Program-made: the position numbers and the translations under genes
The notes under the pieces: generated by a model
Seen by the model: only the letters and a program-made list of their open reading frames with translations
Databases searched by the model: none
Told to the model about the DNA's origin: nothing
Shown: piece by piece, positions 29,430 through 32,000 of the stretch
How positions within the stretch are numbered: position 1 is the stretch's first letter
Layout: each line of letters starts with the position of its first letter
Assembly: GCF_000186885.1 (NCBI RefSeq)
Contig: NC_014972.1
Span: 2,880,001-2,912,000, forward strand
Reading direction: 5' to 3'
From: Desulfobulbus propionicus DSM 2032
GTDB lineage: Bacteria; Desulfobacterota; Desulfobulbia; Desulfobulbales; Desulfobulbaceae
DNA length: 32,000 bases

Positions 29430-30884
29430 TCAATCGACCCGCAACAAGGCCAGCCGTTCCGGGGCAAGAAAGTGGTCGAGCAGCACCTCTCCATCAAGAT
29501 TGTCGAGCGGCGTGACGGTGGAATCAGCCACCTGGCGGTACACCGCCTCCACCGCTTCCCCGTAGCGGCCGAGGGTATAGCGGGACTGGAGGACATGCCG
29601 ATTTCTTGCCAGCGGCAATCGCAGGGCGTCGGTCGCAGGAAGGCTTGCCGGATCGAGTAACGCGGCCTGGGCCCTGGAGCGCACCAGACGACGGAGAACA
29701 GCCTCCTGCAGGGGTTCGTCCAGCCGACCGAAATCGACCCGGTCCTCCAGGATCCATGCCTCCAGCACCCGTTGGAGATCGCCGCCGCTGGGACAGCGCC
29801 CGTATGCCGCCCAATTGCGCTGCAATCCGTCGGCGGCGGCCTGGACCACTCGTTCCCTCCCCAGCCAGTCCATAGGCACTTCCAGCCGACGGTAGCCCCA
29901 CGGCTGCACCAGTCCTTCGAGGGCAAAACCCGTGGTGATCTCCGGCAGATCGCGACCGCAGACCGGGGTATTCACGGTCCAGGGTTCGAGGAAGGCCATG
30001 CCGAATCCCTCGGCCACGCTGGTGGTCACCGCCACATCGGCCAGCCGGAGCAGCTCGACAAAACTGTATCGGTCCGGCCGTACCATCTCGAAATGCACCG
30101 GCAGTGCCAACTCCGTGGCCACCCGCTTCCACCGCTGATAGCGCGGTTGTTCCAGCGGATTTTCCGGTCCGGAGGTCACCGCAAACAAGGCGTCTTCGGG
30201 GGCCAGGATCGACCAGAGGAGAAATTCCCCCAGATTCTTGCGTCGGATGGCGCGGGTGGGATAGAGCCACAGGGAAGGCAACTCGGCGCGAGTGGGCTTG
30301 TCCTCGTCAATCTGACCGAGCTCCACCGGGTTGGGCAGGGAGTGGAGATGTTCGGCATCAAGGCCGGCATCACGCAGGTAGCGGTAATCGCGGCTGTTGA
30401 GCACCGCATAATGCAGATGCCCCGCCTGGGGGTAGAGCAAACGGGACAGGGATGTTCCCCGGCTTGCCGCCATCCTGGCGCGCATGGCTTGATAGTTGGC
30501 CGGGCGGCCGTCCTCGGCGAAATCATGGATCTGCAGGAGCAGGTGCTCACCCTCTTCGGCCAGTTGGCGCAAAGCCACGGGCAAGACCAGGCTCTTGCCC
30601 AGACTGTGATTATGCACATGCCACAGATCGGGCGGGCCGCCCAGGGCCGCGCTTGCCTCCGCCCGCATCTGGGCGGCCAGCTCCACGGCGGTGATCGCCG
30701 GCCGATCCGCCTCGTACTGCAATCCGGGAACAACCCGCCAGGGACCATGGACCTGCACGGCCGGCGGCTTGCCGGTGAGCGCCACGGTTTTCAGGCCACG
30801 GTCGCCCAGGGCCTTTTGCAGGTGGCAGATGATCCGGGTCACGCCGCCGTTCTGCAGATGATAATGAACAATGGCCACCCGCAT
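29430..30884 (-). CDS. GT-B fold glycosyltransferase (GT4-like)
   Basis: 'MRVAIVHYHLQNGGVTRIICHLQKAL', 'DLWHVHNHSLGKS', 'LWLYPTRAIRRKNLGEFLLWS', 'ADVAVTTSVAEGFGMAFLEPWTVNTPVCGRDLPEIT'. Confidence 0.85.
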   Translation of the reverse strand: MRVAIVHYHLQNGGVTRIICHLQKALGDRGLKTVALTGKPPAVQVHGPWRVVPGLQYEADRPAITAVELAAQMRAEASAALGGPPDLWHVHNHSLGKSLVLPVALRQLAEEGEHLLLQIHDFAEDGRPANYQAMRARMAASRGTSLSRLLYPQAGHLHYAVLNSRDYRYLRDAGLDAEHLHSLPNPVELGQIDEDKPTRAELPSLWLYPTRAIRRKNLGEFLLWSILAPEDALFAVTSGPENPLEQPRYQRWKRVATELALPVHFEMVRPDRYSFVELLRLADVAVTTSVAEGFGMAFLEPWTVNTPVCGRDLPEITTGFALEGLVQPWGYRRLEVPMDWLGRERVVQAAADGLQRNWAAYGRCPSGGDLQRVLEAWILEDRVDFGRLDEPLQEAVLRRLVRSRAQAALLDPASLPATDALRLPLARNRHVLQSRYTLGRYGEAVEAVYRQVADSTVTPLDNLDGEVLLDHFLAPERLALLRVD

Positions 30885-30887
30885 GGA

Positions 30888-31910
30888 TCAGCCCTCCGAG
30901 ACAACGGTCGCCGGTTCAGCGGCTGCGACGGACTCGGCACCGGCCAGCTCCCTCTTGCGGCGGTAGGCAGCCACCCGGACCAGCGGCGGCCGTTCATGTT
31001 CCGCCAGCCGATGCACCTCCCGTTGCCAGTGCCCCTGCCGACGGACAAACTGGTGCAAACCGTTGGCACATTCCAACGACGCCGCCAGGACGCCCCGCTG
31101 CCACAGCCGCCGATGCACGACCTGGAGCAGGGCATGGGCCATGCGCCCCAATTCCCGGTTGCTGCGGCGGCGGTGGTCGCGACGTTCCAGATCGACCTGG
31201 GCCAGGGAGGCCAGGCCATGTGCGGTCCAGACATCGATCAGATGGGCCAGTTCAACGCCATACCCCACCGGAAAGGGTAACTGTTCGAGCACCGATCGGC
31301 GGGCGGCGTACTCGCCGGCAAGCGGCTGGATGCAGTCGGCCAGTGCAGGGAAATAGAGGGAAAGCAGCGGTCGGATCAGGATCTCCGTCACCCTGCCGCC
31401 CTCACCCCAAGGGTCATCGGCGCCGCCGGCAGGACGATCGTAGAAGGCCTTGACATAGCCGAGATCGGGCCGGTGCAGCAGTGGCCCAACCAGCCCGGTG
31501 ACGAATCGCGGCCGAAGGTTGGTGATATCGGCATCGATGAACAGCAGAATATCGCCCTTGAGCTGATGGACCGCCTTCCACAGGTTTTCACCTTTGCCCC
31601 GGTACCGGCCCAGGTGCGGCAGGATATCGGCGGCACGGTACACATCCGCTCCCGCGGCGGCGGCCAGCTCCAGGGTTCGGTCCGTTGAACCGGAATCGAT
31701 CACCGCCAATTCATCGAGCAGGTGAACCGTATCCCGCAACGGCCGCAGCCGATCGACCACCATGCCGATGGTTGCCGCCTCGTTCAAGGTGGGAAAGCAC
31801 AACGACAGCCGCACCCCCTGCCGCGCCTTCAGCCGAACCAGGGCGGCAACATCGGCGAACTGCTCGTGATGAAAGGTGTGGGTTGCCAGCCATTGATCGG
31901 TTCTGTCCAT
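30888..31910 (-). CDS. Glucosyl-3-phosphoglycerate synthase-like GT-A glycosyltransferase (GT81-like)
   Basis: 'LSLCFPTLNEAATIGMVVDRL', 'LAVIDSGSTDRTLELAAAAGADVY', 'GRYRGKGENLWKAVHQLKGDILLFIDADITNLRPRFV', 'IQPLAGEYAARRSVLEQLPFPVGYGVELAHLIDV'. Confidence 0.87.
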   Translation of the reverse strand: MDRTDQWLATHTFHHEQFADVAALVRLKARQGVRLSLCFPTLNEAATIGMVVDRLRPLRDTVHLLDELAVIDSGSTDRTLELAAAAGADVYRAADILPHLGRYRGKGENLWKAVHQLKGDILLFIDADITNLRPRFVTGLVGPLLHRPDLGYVKAFYDRPAGGADDPWGEGGRVTEILIRPLLSLYFPALADCIQPLAGEYAARRSVLEQLPFPVGYGVELAHLIDVWTAHGLASLAQVDLERRDHRRRSNRELGRMAHALLQVVHRRLWQRGVLAASLECANGLHQFVRRQGHWQREVHRLAEHERPPLVRVAAYRRKRELAGAESVAAAEPATVVSEG

Positions 31911-32000
31911 TCGGCCCCTCACGGTGTCGATTCAAGCCCACAGGGTGGCAGCGGCTGAACGCCGTCCCCGCTGACTGGCACGCCGTGCGCCGTCAAGTCG

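Noticed and set aside
29772-31280. 502-aa + strand ORF antisense to the glycosyltransferase pair
   Set aside because: Spans two well-supported minus-strand genes and has no domain-like motifs.

Overview
This GC-rich bacterial window carries a compact, mostly chromosomal-looking gene set. By gene content and order it resembles Deltaproteobacteria/Desulfobacterota, but that assignment is an inference. In order it contains: a large multidomain hybrid histidine kinase (probably 5'-truncated by the window edge); a small lipoprotein; a DUF900-type alpha/beta hydrolase; small exported proteins; a DJ-1/PfpI protein; a class III CoA-transferase; a REP-associated (Y1) tyrosine transposase; a cluster of an exported small protein, a membrane-anchored Pro-rich protein and a five-CxxCH cytochrome; a Cache-PAS-GGDEF-hemerythrin diguanylate cyclase; a FIST-domain gene followed by a GAF-GAF-PAS-GGDEF gene whose frame is broken by 1 nt; a Tat/lipobox M48-TPR metalloprotease; a Trm5/TYW2-like methyltransferase; a TPR protein; ilvB-ilvN-psd-pssA-rsmD-coaD; a Rieske/short cytochrome b pair; and a GpgS-like/GT-B glycosyltransferase pair. 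I found no CRISPR array, rRNA, tRNA, prophage or recognisable defence system. The best second-look items are the frameshifted FIST-associated diguanylate cyclase, the exported-protein/pentaheme cytochrome cluster with a structured intergenic hairpin, the bacterial Trm5-like enzyme with an altered catalytic motif, the ilvB leader ORF, and the Rieske/cytochrome b pair whose Qo motif is degenerate. None of these is proven to be a new system from sequence alone.
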